IMG/VR virus record: IMGVR_UViG_3300029928_000003
DNA: 64,000 bases
Source of the DNA: a virus
Lineage: Duplodnaviria; Caudoviricetes
Direction: 5' to 3' (one strand)
Shown here: piece by piece, positions 37,610 to 49,009 of the stretch
Position numbering within the stretch: the first letter of the stretch is position 1
How the letters are laid out: every line of letters begins with the position of its first letter
The notes under the pieces: generated by a model
The model's database searches: none
Told to the model about the DNA's origin: nothing
What the model saw: the letters and a program-made list of their open reading frames with translations, nothing else
Program-made: the position numbers and the translations under genes

Positions 37610-39708
37610 TATATTTAGTTAGTAATAATAATACTCTATTTGAATCCAATAATTATAAAAAGATATCTTGTAAAGATGCATTACAATTATTAGATAAATT
37701 AAAGCTAATACAGTTAGACAGTGAGACTTCTGGACTAGATTGTCATACTAAAGTATTACTTACTTTACAATTAGGTAATAAAGATAATCAAATAGTATTT
37801 GATTGGACTACTATTTCTAATGAGGATAAATCTTCTATTAAGAAGTTCTTAGAAAGTGAAGATAAGACTTGGCTAGCATGGAATGCTGCGTTTGATTTAA
37901 CTTTTCTTTATGTTCAACATATATATCCTAAGAATATTATTGATGGAATGATATTAGATAAACTGATATTTTTAGGATATCCTCCATCATTAACTCCAGA
38001 TTTATTTACTAATCAATTTGGGTATAAACCAGTATATGATGCTAATAATGTTTTAAAACATTATGAATTAAGTTATTCTTTAAAAGCGGCCGCTGATAGG
38101 TGGATACATACAGATATTGATAAATCAGTCAGAGGCCAGATTATTACTAAAGGATTAACCGATTCTGTAGTAGTTTATGCCGCAAATGATGTTAGGTGGT
38201 TAGAAGATATATATAATGAACAATTAAAAGAGCTAACTAAACAAGATTTATTACGAGCAGCTAAATTTGAATGTGAATTCATTAAATCTGTAGCTTATAC
38301 TAAATATTGTGGTATTCATTTAGATGCAGATAAGTGGAAAGCTAAAATGAAAAAAGACCAAAATAATTTACAAGTGGCTATTAAAGAATTAAATAATTAT
38401 GTAGTAAATCTATATAATAAAGATAAGTCCTATAAAGCTTTTACAACATATGTTCAACCAGATTTATTTGGATTTACTACTCCTGGGATTGCTTGTAATA
38501 TAAATTGGAGTAGTTCTAAACAGGTAATACTCTTATTTGAACAACTTGGAATACAGGTTAAAACATTTGATAAGAAGACTAGAAAAGAAAAGAAATCTAT
38601 AGAAGAAAAACAATTAGCTCCACAATCTGATAAGTTTCCCATTATCCCATTATTTTTAAGATATCAGGGTGCTTCTAAACTTGTATCTACTTATGGTGAT
38701 AATTGGCTAAAAGCAATTAATCCTAAGACTGGAAGAATCCATTTAGAATTACATTCTATTGGTACTGACACCAGTAGAATGAGTAGTGGTGGGGGTGTTT
38801 ATAAATTAAACGCCCAGAATTTACCAAATGATGCTGAAACCAGAGCTTGTTTTACTGCCGAAGAGGGTAATTCCTGGCTTAGTTGTGACTACAAAGGGCA
38901 AGAAAGTTGTTTAATAGCTTCGGTATCTAAAGATAAAGCTATGATTAAAGAACTTAGTAAACCTAATGGTGATATTCATAGCTTAGTGGCTTATATGTCT
39001 TATCCTAGTATAATTCCTAGGAATACTCCTATAGAAAATATTAAGAAAGAATATCACGACGCTAGACAGAATGCTAAAGGAATTGAATTCTCGATCAATT
39101 ATGGCGGTGATGCTCATACAATAGCTAATAATAAGGGTATTTCTATTAAAGAAGCAGAAAAAATCTATAATGACTTTATGAAGGGTTTTCCAGGTATTCA
39201 TAAGTATCAACAATATTGTAGAAATACAATACTACAGAAAGGCTATATACTTATGAATCCTATTTTAGGACACCGTGCCCATCTATATGACGGAGAATGG
39301 TTAAAGAAGATGTCTAATAAAATGGAAGATCCCGAATTTGTTAATTATTATTGGCAAATGCGTAAATTAAGTCCTAATTGTGATACTGTTAAAGATGTAA
39401 ATAGATTTAATAAGAGAAAAGCTGCTTCTGAAAAACAATCTATAAACTATCGTATACAAAACCGTGGGGCTTGCTGCTTTAAATTAGCTTCTATTAAGTT
39501 ATTTAATTGGATAGTTAATAATAACTATCAAGATAAAGTACTTATGTGTGTCCCTGCCCATGATGAATGGAATCTTGAATGCCCTAAAGACATGCAAGAT
39601 ATTGTGGGTAAAGTTTTAGTGCAATGTATGGTTGCAGGAGGTAGACCCTTCTGTCCTAACGTATTCTTAGGGGCTGACTTAGAAATTTCAGATCATTGGG
39701 TTCATTAA
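37606..39708 (+). CDS. polA: family A DNA polymerase with 3'-5' exonuclease
   Basis: DSETSG exo I; DYKGQE, RQNAKGIEFSINYG, AHDE. Confidence 0.95.
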   Translation: MIYLVSNNNTLFESNNYKKISCKDALQLLDKLKLIQLDSETSGLDCHTKVLLTLQLGNKDNQIVFDWTTISNEDKSSIKKFLESEDKTWLAWNAAFDLTFLYVQHIYPKNIIDGMILDKLIFLGYPPSLTPDLFTNQFGYKPVYDANNVLKHYELSYSLKAAADRWIHTDIDKSVRGQIITKGLTDSVVVYAANDVRWLEDIYNEQLKELTKQDLLRAAKFECEFIKSVAYTKYCGIHLDADKWKAKMKKDQNNLQVAIKELNNYVVNLYNKDKSYKAFTTYVQPDLFGFTTPGIACNINWSSSKQVILLFEQLGIQVKTFDKKTRKEKKSIEEKQLAPQSDKFPIIPLFLRYQGASKLVSTYGDNWLKAINPKTGRIHLELHSIGTDTSRMSSGGGVYKLNAQNLPNDAETRACFTAEEGNSWLSCDYKGQESCLIASVSKDKAMIKELSKPNGDIHSLVAYMSYPSIIPRNTPIENIKKEYHDARQNAKGIEFSINYGGDAHTIANNKGISIKEAEKIYNDFMKGFPGIHKYQQYCRNTILQKGYILMNPILGHRAHLYDGEWLKKMSNKMEDPEFVNYYWQMRKLSPNCDTVKDVNRFNKRKAASEKQSINYRIQNRGACCFKLASIKLFNWIVNNNYQDKVLMCVPAHDEWNLECPKDMQDIVGKVLVQCMVAGGRPFCPNVFLGADLEISDHWVH

Positions 39709-39722
39709 TAAATATTAATTCT

Positions 39723-42700
39723 ATGAATATAACTAAACGAGACGGATCGATTGAAAAATTTGATATTAATAAAATTATTAATGCTGTAGGTAAAGCATAT
39801 AAATCAGAAGGATATACAATTAATGATGATATTATAGATGAATTAAAAAATCTTACTACTACATATATTTCAGATAATATTTCAGTAGAAAAAATACAAG
39901 ATGAAGTAGAGCAAATTTTAATGGATAATGCTCCTTTTGATGTAGCTAAAGCATATATTACATATAGAGAGAAACATAAACAATCAAGACTTATTAGAGA
40001 AAGAATTGATTATATGAATAAATATAGTCAATCAAATGATAATGCTGCATCTTCTAGTGAAACTGATGGTAATTCTAATGTTACCATTAAAAATGTAGCT
40101 AATCTTGAAGGAGAAGTATATAAAACTACTAATAGAATCATTCAAAGACAACGAATGAAAGATAAGTTAAATGAAATGTTTCCAGAAGTAGCTAAACAAT
40201 ATGAAGAAGATTTAAATCATCATATTATATATACGCACGATGAAGCTAGTACTCCTGTTTTAAAGAATTATTGTATGGCAGTATCTTTATATCCTTTAAT
40301 AGAATATGGTACTTCTACAATGGATGGATTAAAAGCTTCTGCTCCTAAAAACTTAGATAGCTTTTGTGGACAATTTGTTAATCTTGTATTCTTATTAAGT
40401 TCTCAATGTAAAGGAGCTGTTGGGTTTGGAGAGTTCTTTAATTTCTTTGATTATTATTGTGCTAAAGAATGGGGGCCTAATTATCATCTTAAAGAAGATA
40501 TAATTGTAGATACAGATTATGTAGTTAATCCAAAAACCATTGGTCAAAAAATAGAACAATATTTTCAACAAGTTGTCTATTCATTAAATCAACCAGCAGG
40601 TAATAGATCATATCAATCCCCATTTACTAACTTTAATTATTTTGACAGTAATTATTGGCATAGTTTATTTGATGATTTCTGTTTTCCTGATGGTAGTAAA
40701 CCTGTATGGGAAAGAGTAGATTTTCTTCAAAGAAAATTTATGAATTGGTTTAATGAGGAAAGAACTAAAACTTTACTTACATATCCTGTAGAATCTATGT
40801 GTTTATTACATGATGGTAAAGATGTAATTGATAAATCATATAAAGATTTAGCTGCTGAAATGTGGTCTAAAGGACATAGTTTCTTTGTGTACTTATCTGA
40901 TAATCCAGATGCGGTTGCAAGTTGCTGTTTTAGCAAGGATACTAAATTTTTATGGAAATCTTCTACAAGTGAGGTTCATATTAGTACCTTTAAAGAATTT
41001 CTTGATCTTCCCTATAAACAAACGAAAGAAAATTTTAAAGTATTTCATAATGGTTCATGGATAAAAGGTAAAATAATTTCTCTTCCAAATAGACAAATGT
41101 ATAAAGTTATCACTTATAATAATAAAGAATTTATTATGAGTGATAACCATATTAATGTTACGTATGATGGAGAAAAAAGAACAGAAGATTTAACAACAGA
41201 TGATTATCTTATGTTCAATACTTCAACACTTTCACCTGTTACAGAAAATAACGAACATTTAACTTATGAACAAGGTTTGTTAATAGGGTTATTCTTAGGT
41301 GATGGAACCTTTGGAAATTATGTATGTCTTGATGGTAGTGTTCATAGTTTTCAACTCTCTCTAAATAAAGAAAAATGGGAAAAAGTACAAAACCATTTAT
41401 CAAAAATTGGAGATTTTAGATTAGGTACTATATATAATAATGTATATCCTATTCATTGTTATAATAAAGAATTAACTACATTTATAGCGAAATGGACTGG
41501 TAATGAACCTAATAAGACTTCTGCTTTAAATAAATCTTTAAATCTAGATTGTTTTTTACAGTCAGTAGAATTTAGGAGAGGTATTCTTGATGGTTGGTAT
41601 ATTACAGATGGAGGTAATTCAAATAGATGCTATACTATAAGCAAACATTTGGTTGAAAGAATGGAAGCTTTATGTACTACATTAGGGTTGCAAACTATAC
41701 TTAATATATCAGATAGGACAGATGAAGCTGTAATTATTAGAGGCCAAGAATTTAACAGAAATTACCCATTATATTGTCTTAGATGGTATGTTGATGCTAA
41801 TCATAGATGCAATAAAACTAAAGATAAATCTTGGAAGAAAAAGAATAATAGTATATATTGGAAAATTAAATCCATAGAGCCAATAGAATATAAAGATAAT
41901 ATATATTGTGTTCAATGTGATAATCAAGATGAACCCTATTTTACATTACCTAATGGGTTAATTACTCATAACTGTAGATTGAGGAATGAAGTAGTTAATA
42001 ATACTTTTAGTTCAACTACTGGACTTACGGGTGTACAAACAGGTTCAGTTAATGTAATTACTCTTAACTTAAATAGAATAGTACAAGATTGGTATAAAGA
42101 ATATAATAAATCAAAAGATAAGTTTGATTTAGATACTTTGAAACCCAGTTTTAAAGCTTATTTATTAAAGATTCTTGAAAGAGTTTATAAATATCAAGTA
42201 GCTTATAAAACAATGTTGTTTGAACTTGAGAAACAAGGTATGCTTACTGCTTCAAAGGCTGGATATATTTCAATGAAGAAACTATTTTCTACTATTGGTG
42301 TGAACGGTTTTAATGAAATGGCTCAATTTATGGGGCTTAAAGTAAGTAATAATACTGAATACAAAGACTTTATTGCTTATGTATTTAATATTATCTCTAC
42401 TTTCTGTAAAGAAAAGTCTACAAAAAATTATCTCTTTAACTTAGAAGTAGTGCCAGCAGAGAGTCTGGGTTCAAAAAACTATAATTGGGATAAAAAAGAT
42501 GGTTATATTGTGCCAAATAATGAAGTATTGTATAATTCTTATATATACGATGCACATGATCCTAATACTTCTGTTTTAGATAAGTTTGTACTACAAGGAG
42601 GTAAAGTAGCAAAAGCATCATCTGGAGGACAAGCACTTCATTGTAATCTAGAGGATCATTTAAGTAAAGAACAATATCTTAAACTTATAGAATTTGCTAT

Positions 42701-42917
42701 ACAAAAAGGTACATCATATTTCACTTTTAATATTCCAAATAGTCAATGTGATAATTGTGGTTTTATTACTAAACATCCAATAAAAAAATGTCCTATATGT
42801 GGTAGTAATAATATTACTCAGTGGACAAGAACAATTGGATATTTAAGACCTATTAAAGCTATGGATTATTATAGGCAAATAGAAGCAAACAATAGAGTAT
42901 ATAGTAAAACAATTTAA
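39723..42917 (+). CDS. nrdD: anaerobic (class III) ribonucleotide reductase with intein
   Basis: ATP cone MNITKRDG; SC|intein|CRL; CxxC...CPxC; RTIGYL glycyl-radical loop. Confidence 0.95.
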   Translation: MNITKRDGSIEKFDINKIINAVGKAYKSEGYTINDDIIDELKNLTTTYISDNISVEKIQDEVEQILMDNAPFDVAKAYITYREKHKQSRLIRERIDYMNKYSQSNDNAASSSETDGNSNVTIKNVANLEGEVYKTTNRIIQRQRMKDKLNEMFPEVAKQYEEDLNHHIIYTHDEASTPVLKNYCMAVSLYPLIEYGTSTMDGLKASAPKNLDSFCGQFVNLVFLLSSQCKGAVGFGEFFNFFDYYCAKEWGPNYHLKEDIIVDTDYVVNPKTIGQKIEQYFQQVVYSLNQPAGNRSYQSPFTNFNYFDSNYWHSLFDDFCFPDGSKPVWERVDFLQRKFMNWFNEERTKTLLTYPVESMCLLHDGKDVIDKSYKDLAAEMWSKGHSFFVYLSDNPDAVASCCFSKDTKFLWKSSTSEVHISTFKEFLDLPYKQTKENFKVFHNGSWIKGKIISLPNRQMYKVITYNNKEFIMSDNHINVTYDGEKRTEDLTTDDYLMFNTSTLSPVTENNEHLTYEQGLLIGLFLGDGTFGNYVCLDGSVHSFQLSLNKEKWEKVQNHLSKIGDFRLGTIYNNVYPIHCYNKELTTFIAKWTGNEPNKTSALNKSLNLDCFLQSVEFRRGILDGWYITDGGNSNRCYTISKHLVERMEALCTTLGLQTILNISDRTDEAVIIRGQEFNRNYPLYCLRWYVDANHRCNKTKDKSWKKKNNSIYWKIKSIEPIEYKDNIYCVQCDNQDEPYFTLPNGLITHNCRLRNEVVNNTFSSTTGLTGVQTGSVNVITLNLNRIVQDWYKEYNKSKDKFDLDTLKPSFKAYLLKILERVYKYQVAYKTMLFELEKQGMLTASKAGYISMKKLFSTIGVNGFNEMAQFMGLKVSNNTEYKDFIAYVFNIISTFCKEKSTKNYLFNLEVVPAESLGSKNYNWDKKDGYIVPNNEVLYNSYIYDAHDPNTSVLDKFVLQGGKVAKASSGGQALHCNLEDHLSKEQYLKLIEFAIQKGTSYFTFNIPNSQCDNCGFITKHPIKKCPICGSNNITQWTRTIGYLRPIKAMDYYRQIEANNRVYSKTI
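40926..41972 (+). mobile_element. intein (349 aa) with LAGLIDADG endonuclease
   Basis: Starts CFSKDT, ends ITHN before C; LLIGLFLGDG and GILDGWYITDG blocks. Confidence 0.93.
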
Positions 42918-43187
42918 TAACTTAGGTCTGATATCAGACCTTTTATGTTATATATGATAGATATTATATTAACTTATTCTGATTGTGTAATAAAATTATA
43001 CAATGCAGATATAATAGCTATAGAAGATAATAAAGTTTATATAACTACTTCTGTAAATGTAGCGTTTAAGAATAGTATTACAGAAGAATTTAAAGAATAT
43101 AAATTAAATGAATTAGATCAATGTAAAAAGATTTATGAAGATGAATATTTATTTAATTATCCTATTAGAATTCAAATACTTTAATTT

Positions 43188-43751
43188 ATGATATTTTATC
43201 AAGTAAATAGTGACTATCGTATTTTTGATTATCTTATTAATAATGGTATTACTAAGTATGTATTTATTGATAAAGAATCAAAAGATTATGAAACTAGGAT
43301 GATTTTTAAAGAATATAATAAGAATATAAATTCTTATATATTTGAATCAGACAATGAAAAAGTAAGTATTCCTAAAGAAGAAATTAATAAAAGAGTTCCT
43401 TGTGGTAGACTTATTGTAAAAATACCTATACTTTGTTTGGGTGATTGGATTGCAGTTAAGAAAGATAAAGGAGTTGTATATACAAGAATAGATACTCCAA
43501 AAGATATTAATTTTTATTCTAATTCCGTTAATTGGAGAGTTCTTACAGATAAAGAACTTGAAGATTGTAGAAAATCTTGGAGAGTAAATATTACAACGTG
43601 TAAGACTATTGGAGACTTTAGAAATCTTAGAACTTATACAGATTTATTTACTAATGATATTCCTGTTAAAGTAGAAATAGAAGGTAAAGAATATGAAATA
43701 TCTTCAGTTACGCTTACAGAAAATGATATTACAATCAAAGTTAATCAATAA
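43188..43751 (+). CDS. hypothetical protein
   Basis: 187-aa ORF. Confidence 0.7.
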   Translation: MIFYQVNSDYRIFDYLINNGITKYVFIDKESKDYETRMIFKEYNKNINSYIFESDNEKVSIPKEEINKRVPCGRLIVKIPILCLGDWIAVKKDKGVVYTRIDTPKDINFYSNSVNWRVLTDKELEDCRKSWRVNITTCKTIGDFRNLRTYTDLFTNDIPVKVEIEGKEYEISSVTLTENDITIKVNQ

Positions 43752-44071
43752 TGAAATTATTTGATATAGAAACTACAGAAGAAAATCTCCTATCTTTATA
43801 TCCAAAAATAGGAGATTGTTATAAATCTACTGATGGTAGTAAACATTATATTAAAGTACTTAATATATATGATAAAATAATAGAATATCAATGGATTACT
43901 ATTTGGAAAGATTCTAACTCTATAAGTATTGAAGTAAGTCAAACTCGAAGATTATTTATGGAAAAAGATAATCCAAATAGTTTTGTATATCCTATTATTT
44001 GTAATTTAGTAGAATATATTCCTACTGAAGAATATGATAAAATATATAATAAAATTAAAGCTTTGTGTTAA
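43751..44071 (+). CDS. hypothetical protein
   Basis: 106-aa ORF. Confidence 0.7.
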   Translation: MKLFDIETTEENLLSLYPKIGDCYKSTDGSKHYIKVLNIYDKIIEYQWITIWKDSNSISIEVSQTRRLFMEKDNPNSFVYPIICNLVEYIPTEEYDKIYNKIKALC

Positions 44072-44587
44072 TACTTATTTATAGTATAATTATAATAAAA
44101 GATACTGATATTTATAATACATTATTTAGCTTTTTAGAATAAGCACAAAAAAAATATAAACAGCAGGAAAAGATAAACTTATTATGTTTGCTAGTCATAT
44201 TAGAGATTATAATCTGCCTCCTAATACTAAAGAGTTCTTCAATACTTGCTCTACAGAGTCTTTAATAGAGTATAGAAATGCTCTATTAGATATAAAAATG
44301 TGTTTAGATAAGTATCTTGATAATAATAAACTATACAATTTTAATCATGTTAAAAACAACAGTAAAAACAACTAAGAAAGCTTCTTTAGATTTATTAAAT
44401 AGAATTAATACATATCTATTTGAGCAGGAATATGATGAATTATCTGGAGTTAAACAAACAGATATTAAAAAACTTAAAGATGCTGCTAAAGTATTAGTTA
44501 ATATTATAAAGAAATAAATGTTACTAACCATTTCCACCATATTATTCTCAATATTTTTATTGGGAGTAATATGGTTTTGTTTTAATA

Positions 44588-45001
44588 ATGAAGACTAAAA
44601 AATTAATTCTTAAAAATACTTTTAGTACAGGTAATCATGGTTGGGGTAATGGGTATGTAGCTGTACCTCCAGAACATCCTTTATATGGTAAATCGTATAT
44701 GGATGAAGATTATCCTGATTTTAATGTACATGGTGGTATTACATTTACAGAACCTGCTGTTTATAATGAAACTACCTTTGTAAGTAAAACTAAAATTAGA
44801 GAGAAATATATAGGTAAGAGAGCATATCAACTACAATATGGCATTAGTCTTGATGGTGAAATACCTGATAATTGGTGGCTAATAGGATTTGATACTTGTC
44901 ATAGTAATGATACTAATCTTAATTGGCCTAAAGAAAGAGTTATTAATGAAACTAATTATTTACAAAAAAGAATAAATAATTTATTTAATAAAAATGAATA
45001 G
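44588..45001 (+). CDS. conserved phage protein
   Basis: GYVAVP..HPLYG, VHGGITF, WWLIGFDTCH. Confidence 0.8.
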   Translation: MKTKKLILKNTFSTGNHGWGNGYVAVPPEHPLYGKSYMDEDYPDFNVHGGITFTEPAVYNETTFVSKTKIREKYIGKRAYQLQYGISLDGEIPDNWWLIGFDTCHSNDTNLNWPKERVINETNYLQKRINNLFNKNE

Positions 45002-45173
45002 TACTGAAGAATTAGTTATAATGGATTACAATACAGGGAGTATTATTATTTGTAAAAACCCACCAGAAGATAAAAATACAGAAGAAATTCTAAAACATTT
45101 AGGCTTAGATATTAATAATTGTACTGTTATGTTCTGTAATAACCCAAAAATTAATTACGTGAACTATGATTAA
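44994..45173 (+). CDS. 59-aa protein, paralog of 12980 and 32917 genes
   Basis: LVIMDYNTGSIII...EEILKHLGLD. Confidence 0.7.
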   Translation: MNSTEELVIMDYNTGSIIICKNPPEDKNTEEILKHLGLDINNCTVMFCNNPKINYVNYD

Positions 45174-45182
45174 TATAAAATT

Positions 45183-46865
45183 ATGGATATAAAAGATAAC
45201 ATTAAAGAATTTATCCAGAAAAGGAAAGATAGAAAACTATATAACAAAATAGCTAAATTTGATAAGAATAATATAAAAGAAATAATTCTTGAACAAATTG
45301 AAGATATTTGTGCAGATAGCTATGACGATGGTTATGAAGAAGGTTTTATGAAAGGTATGGAAATTGTAGCTCAATATATAGATTCACTATATGATACAAA
45401 GGATTCTTCTAAATCTGATATTATATTAAAAGAATTAAAAGACCTCCTAAAAAAATTAAACAATAATGAATAATATAGAGTTCAGTAAAACCGATTCTGA
45501 AGCATATAATTGGATTGTAAATAATCTTGATAAGCTTTCAGATAAAGACTTTACAAAAGTTCAAAATATAATGACCAGACTTTATAATATCGATTCTAGA
45601 TTATCAATGCTTAAAGCATTAGAATACAATCTATCCCATAGTGCAATTAAAGTATTAGTTAATCTTAAAAACGAATATAATAATTTAAAAAATAAATGAG
45701 CATAGACGAACAAATTAAGATTTTACAAGCCTATAAGAACGGCAAGCCAATTGAAATAGAAGTCTTTGATAATGGATATTATTTATGGATAACATTGAAT
45801 GCTGATAAAGATTATACCTTTGATTTCAGGAATAATAACTATCGTATTAAGCAAAAACCTAAAATTCGTCCTTATAAAGATGCTAAAGAATTCTTAGAAG
45901 CAAGTAAGGAACATGGGCTATTCATTGATACCTTCCCCCTTCAGTTGAGCAACTGCTACAACTTACCTATTTATGTAAGTCCTGACGGTGTGAGGTTTGT
46001 TCATAGAGCATATTCGTTTTCAGAGATAAAGAAATATCATTGGCAAGATGGCACACCCTGTGGGGTAGAGGGGGATTGATTATTACAACAGAAACTAAAT
46101 AAAATATCAAAAGAAAATGAAGAAAATAATAATACATTGTAACTATATTCAAGGCTTTATCAGAAATGGACATTTAGAATTAGAACTTTCAGATGAAGAA
46201 TTCAAAAAGTTTGAAGTATTATCCAAGAAAGATAAAATTGATTGGATTAAAGAAGATGGAGAATTATACATAGACTCTTATAGAGTAGAAGACTATGAAG
46301 TAGGTGACGAAATTGAAATTCTAAATTCGTAAAATAATGGAAACAGCAAACGCATCAATTAGAAAAATATTCATCAGCGGTAATATCCTCGATGAAACAC
46401 TTAATGCAATTATGAAAAATGGATTTGAATGCTCAATAGTACCAAATGGTGGAGGATTTACTATTACTTATGATGACAACAATTTAAGATTCCAAGAACG
46501 CTTGTTAGAGCAAAAGGAAAAGGAATATAATGAAGTCTCCAACAAAGTGTTCGCGTTGCGAAAAGAGTATTCTGAACTAATGAAGAAATTAAAAAAAGAT
46601 GTATAATAAATTAATTAAAGATGGTTATAAACTATTATTAGATACTCCTACTGTACATATTTATTATAAGTGGTTTGATAATCTTAAAGTAGAAATTATA
46701 ATAGAAGATGAAACTGAAGAATGTGCAGAAGATATTAGATGTCATATTGATGATGATAAAGGTATATCTTTAGGAGATTTAACAGTTAATAACTATAAAG
46801 AATGTAAGAGATTTATTAAATTTGTATCTGAACTAATTAAAGATAGAAATGCTGAAATACACTGA
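45183..46865 (+). other. run of six small hypothetical CDS (45183, 45466, 45696, 46117, 46337, 46599)
   Basis: Tightly packed or overlapping ORFs without recognisable motifs. Confidence 0.65.
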
Positions 46866-47322
46866 TAGTCAAGTTACATTTAGTGAAGTACCAGATGAAA
46901 TATCTTTATGTATTAATATAAGTAATTGTCCTAATAATTGTCCAGGATGCCACTCTAGCTACTTAAAGAATGATATTGGTACTTTATTAAGTAAAGAAAA
47001 ATTATCTCGTCTTATAGAAACTAATCAAGGAATTAGTTGTGTCTGTATTATGGGAGGAGATTCAGAGCCTAAAGAAGTAAATAACATAGCTAAATTTATT
47101 AGAGATAAATATAAGCTTAAAACTACTTGGTATAGTGGCAATACTGAATTAAGTAAAGATATAGATATTAGTAATTTCGATTTTATTAAGATTGGGCCTT
47201 ATGATAGAAATAAAGGCCCGTTGAATAATCCTAATACTAATCAAAAGTTTTATGAAGTAGTTACTATGTCTACTGGTAAACAAAAACTTCATGATATAAC
47301 ATTTAAATTTTGGAGAAAATGA
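46849..47322 (+). CDS. nrdG: anaerobic RNR activating radical-SAM protein
   Basis: CPNNCPGCH, MGGD, WYSG, IKIGPY, TNQ. Confidence 0.93.
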   Translation: MLKYTDSQVTFSEVPDEISLCINISNCPNNCPGCHSSYLKNDIGTLLSKEKLSRLIETNQGISCVCIMGGDSEPKEVNNIAKFIRDKYKLKTTWYSGNTELSKDIDISNFDFIKIGPYDRNKGPLNNPNTNQKFYEVVTMSTGKQKLHDITFKFWRK

Positions 47323-47464
47323 CATTTATAATTCATTTTAAAGACGGTCATAGAGAGCAATATTCTAATCGATATGATGAGGATGATGAACAAGAAAGAG
47401 ATGCTGCATGGGATGATGTATATATGACATTTCCAGAAGCTGATTATATTGAATCTTTTTAATT

Positions 47465-47677
47465 ATGATAGAGATTAAAAGACTTGATGGTTGGAAATTA
47501 AATCCTAATGATAGAGTAGTTAATGCTATTCTGCGTAGAGCTGAAAAGAATAATGGAATCTGTCCTTGTATTCATACTACACCAGAATATAAAAGTAAAG
47601 ATTTACATTGTCCTTGTACAGATTATACAGAAAGAAATAATTGTATTTGTGGTTTATATATAAAAGATGGGAACTAA
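47465..47677 (+). CDS. ferredoxin-thioredoxin reductase catalytic-subunit-like protein
   Basis: CPC...CPC...CICGLY. Confidence 0.8.
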   Translation: MIEIKRLDGWKLNPNDRVVNAILRRAEKNNGICPCIHTTPEYKSKDLHCPCTDYTERNNCICGLYIKDGN

Positions 47678-48140
47678 TTTTTATTTAAAAAGAAAAATAA
47701 ACGAATCTACCAAAAAAGTTCTTAAAGATTGTATTGATAAAGATGATATAGATACAGTAAGAAGTATTCTTAATGATTATAAAGATATTCATATAGGTAA
47801 AAGAAGTGCTGGTTGGAAATTCTTATGGGATGCTCATTATTTTAAATATTTTGAACCAAATAAAGATAGTATTTTAAGATGGTTAATGTCTGGAATAATT
47901 TATGACGAATACGGAAGAACATTTGATATAAATGACTTTCTTTATAAAGAATTAGATGGCTTTATAGATAAAGGATATGATATAGAAAGCTTCTATGATA
48001 AAGAAGCTCCTAATTATAGTTTAGATTCAAACATAAAGGAATTTAAAAGAAGGGTTAGTGATAAATATCCTGCTATAAATAAGTATGGAGAATTTTATAT
48101 TGATAATTTAAGGTTTACTGTAAATGAAGATTTTTCTTAA
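47667..48140 (+). CDS. conserved phage protein
   Basis: MGTNFY, HIGKRSAGW, IYDEYG. Confidence 0.8.
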   Translation: MGTNFYLKRKINESTKKVLKDCIDKDDIDTVRSILNDYKDIHIGKRSAGWKFLWDAHYFKYFEPNKDSILRWLMSGIIYDEYGRTFDINDFLYKELDGFIDKGYDIESFYDKEAPNYSLDSNIKEFKRRVSDKYPAINKYGEFYIDNLRFTVNEDFS

Positions 48141-48142
48141 AT

Positions 48143-48385
48143 ATGAAAACTAAATTAGTAAATATTAAAGTAACTGTACCTATTGATACAGATTTCTATA
48201 TAGAAGTTTCTGAAAAAGAAACTAAAGAAAATATAATTGAACGTGCTAAGCAAGAAGTAAAATTTCCAACAGAATATCCTTTTATATTAGATAAGTATCT
48301 TAAAAGAAGAGGTATTAATATTGTTGGATTGGATAGTATGTTAAAATCTTGGAATCTTGGGGAAGTAAAGTATGAAGTCATTTAA
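48143..48385 (+). CDS. hypothetical protein
   Basis: 80-aa ORF. Confidence 0.65.
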   Translation: MKTKLVNIKVTVPIDTDFYIEVSEKETKENIIERAKQEVKFPTEYPFILDKYLKRRGINIVGLDSMLKSWNLGEVKYEVI

Positions 48386-48673
48386 TATTATTATAGAAGA
48401 TAATGGGATATTCAAATCATACAATATAATTCCTACTTTATTAAAAGTATGTAAGAATATAAAGATTTAAAGGTAAAGTAGAAAAAAAGATTGATGTATA
48501 CGATCAAGTGATAATGAATCTTGATATAATTGTTGATATATTAAAAGAAGAGCTTAATGAATGAATTTCAATATTATGTTTAATAATATTTATATTCTTT
48601 CTAGATTATAGAGTTGAAAGAAGAATTAAGTTTTTAGAAAATGATATTGAAGAACTTAAAGAAAAAATAAATA

Positions 48674-49009
48674 ATGAAGATAAACTTTAATTATAAATTT
48701 AAAATTAAGAATCCTGTAGTAATATGTTATATAAGTATTGCTAGTTCTAGATTTTATCTTACTGCTAGAGCAAAAGCATTTTGTTCTGAACATGATTCTT
48801 TTAATATTGAAAAAGGTAAAGAACTAGCTTTAGCTAGAGCTAAAGAATTAGTAATAAAGAAAAGCATCAAAAAACTTCACAGGGATAGAATTAAACTTAA
48901 TAAATCTAGATTTACGTTAGATTCAGATATATTAGATATGTATCGTATGTCTGACTCTATCAATAAACACAGAACTAATATTGAACATAATTATGGGTTG
49001 GAGTACTGA
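48674..49009 (+). CDS. phage protein with C-x3-D-x-F-x4-G motif
   Basis: AFCSEHDSFNIEKGKELALARAK. Confidence 0.72.
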   Translation: MKINFNYKFKIKNPVVICYISIASSRFYLTARAKAFCSEHDSFNIEKGKELALARAKELVIKKSIKKLHRDRIKLNKSRFTLDSDILDMYRMSDSINKHRTNIEHNYGLEY

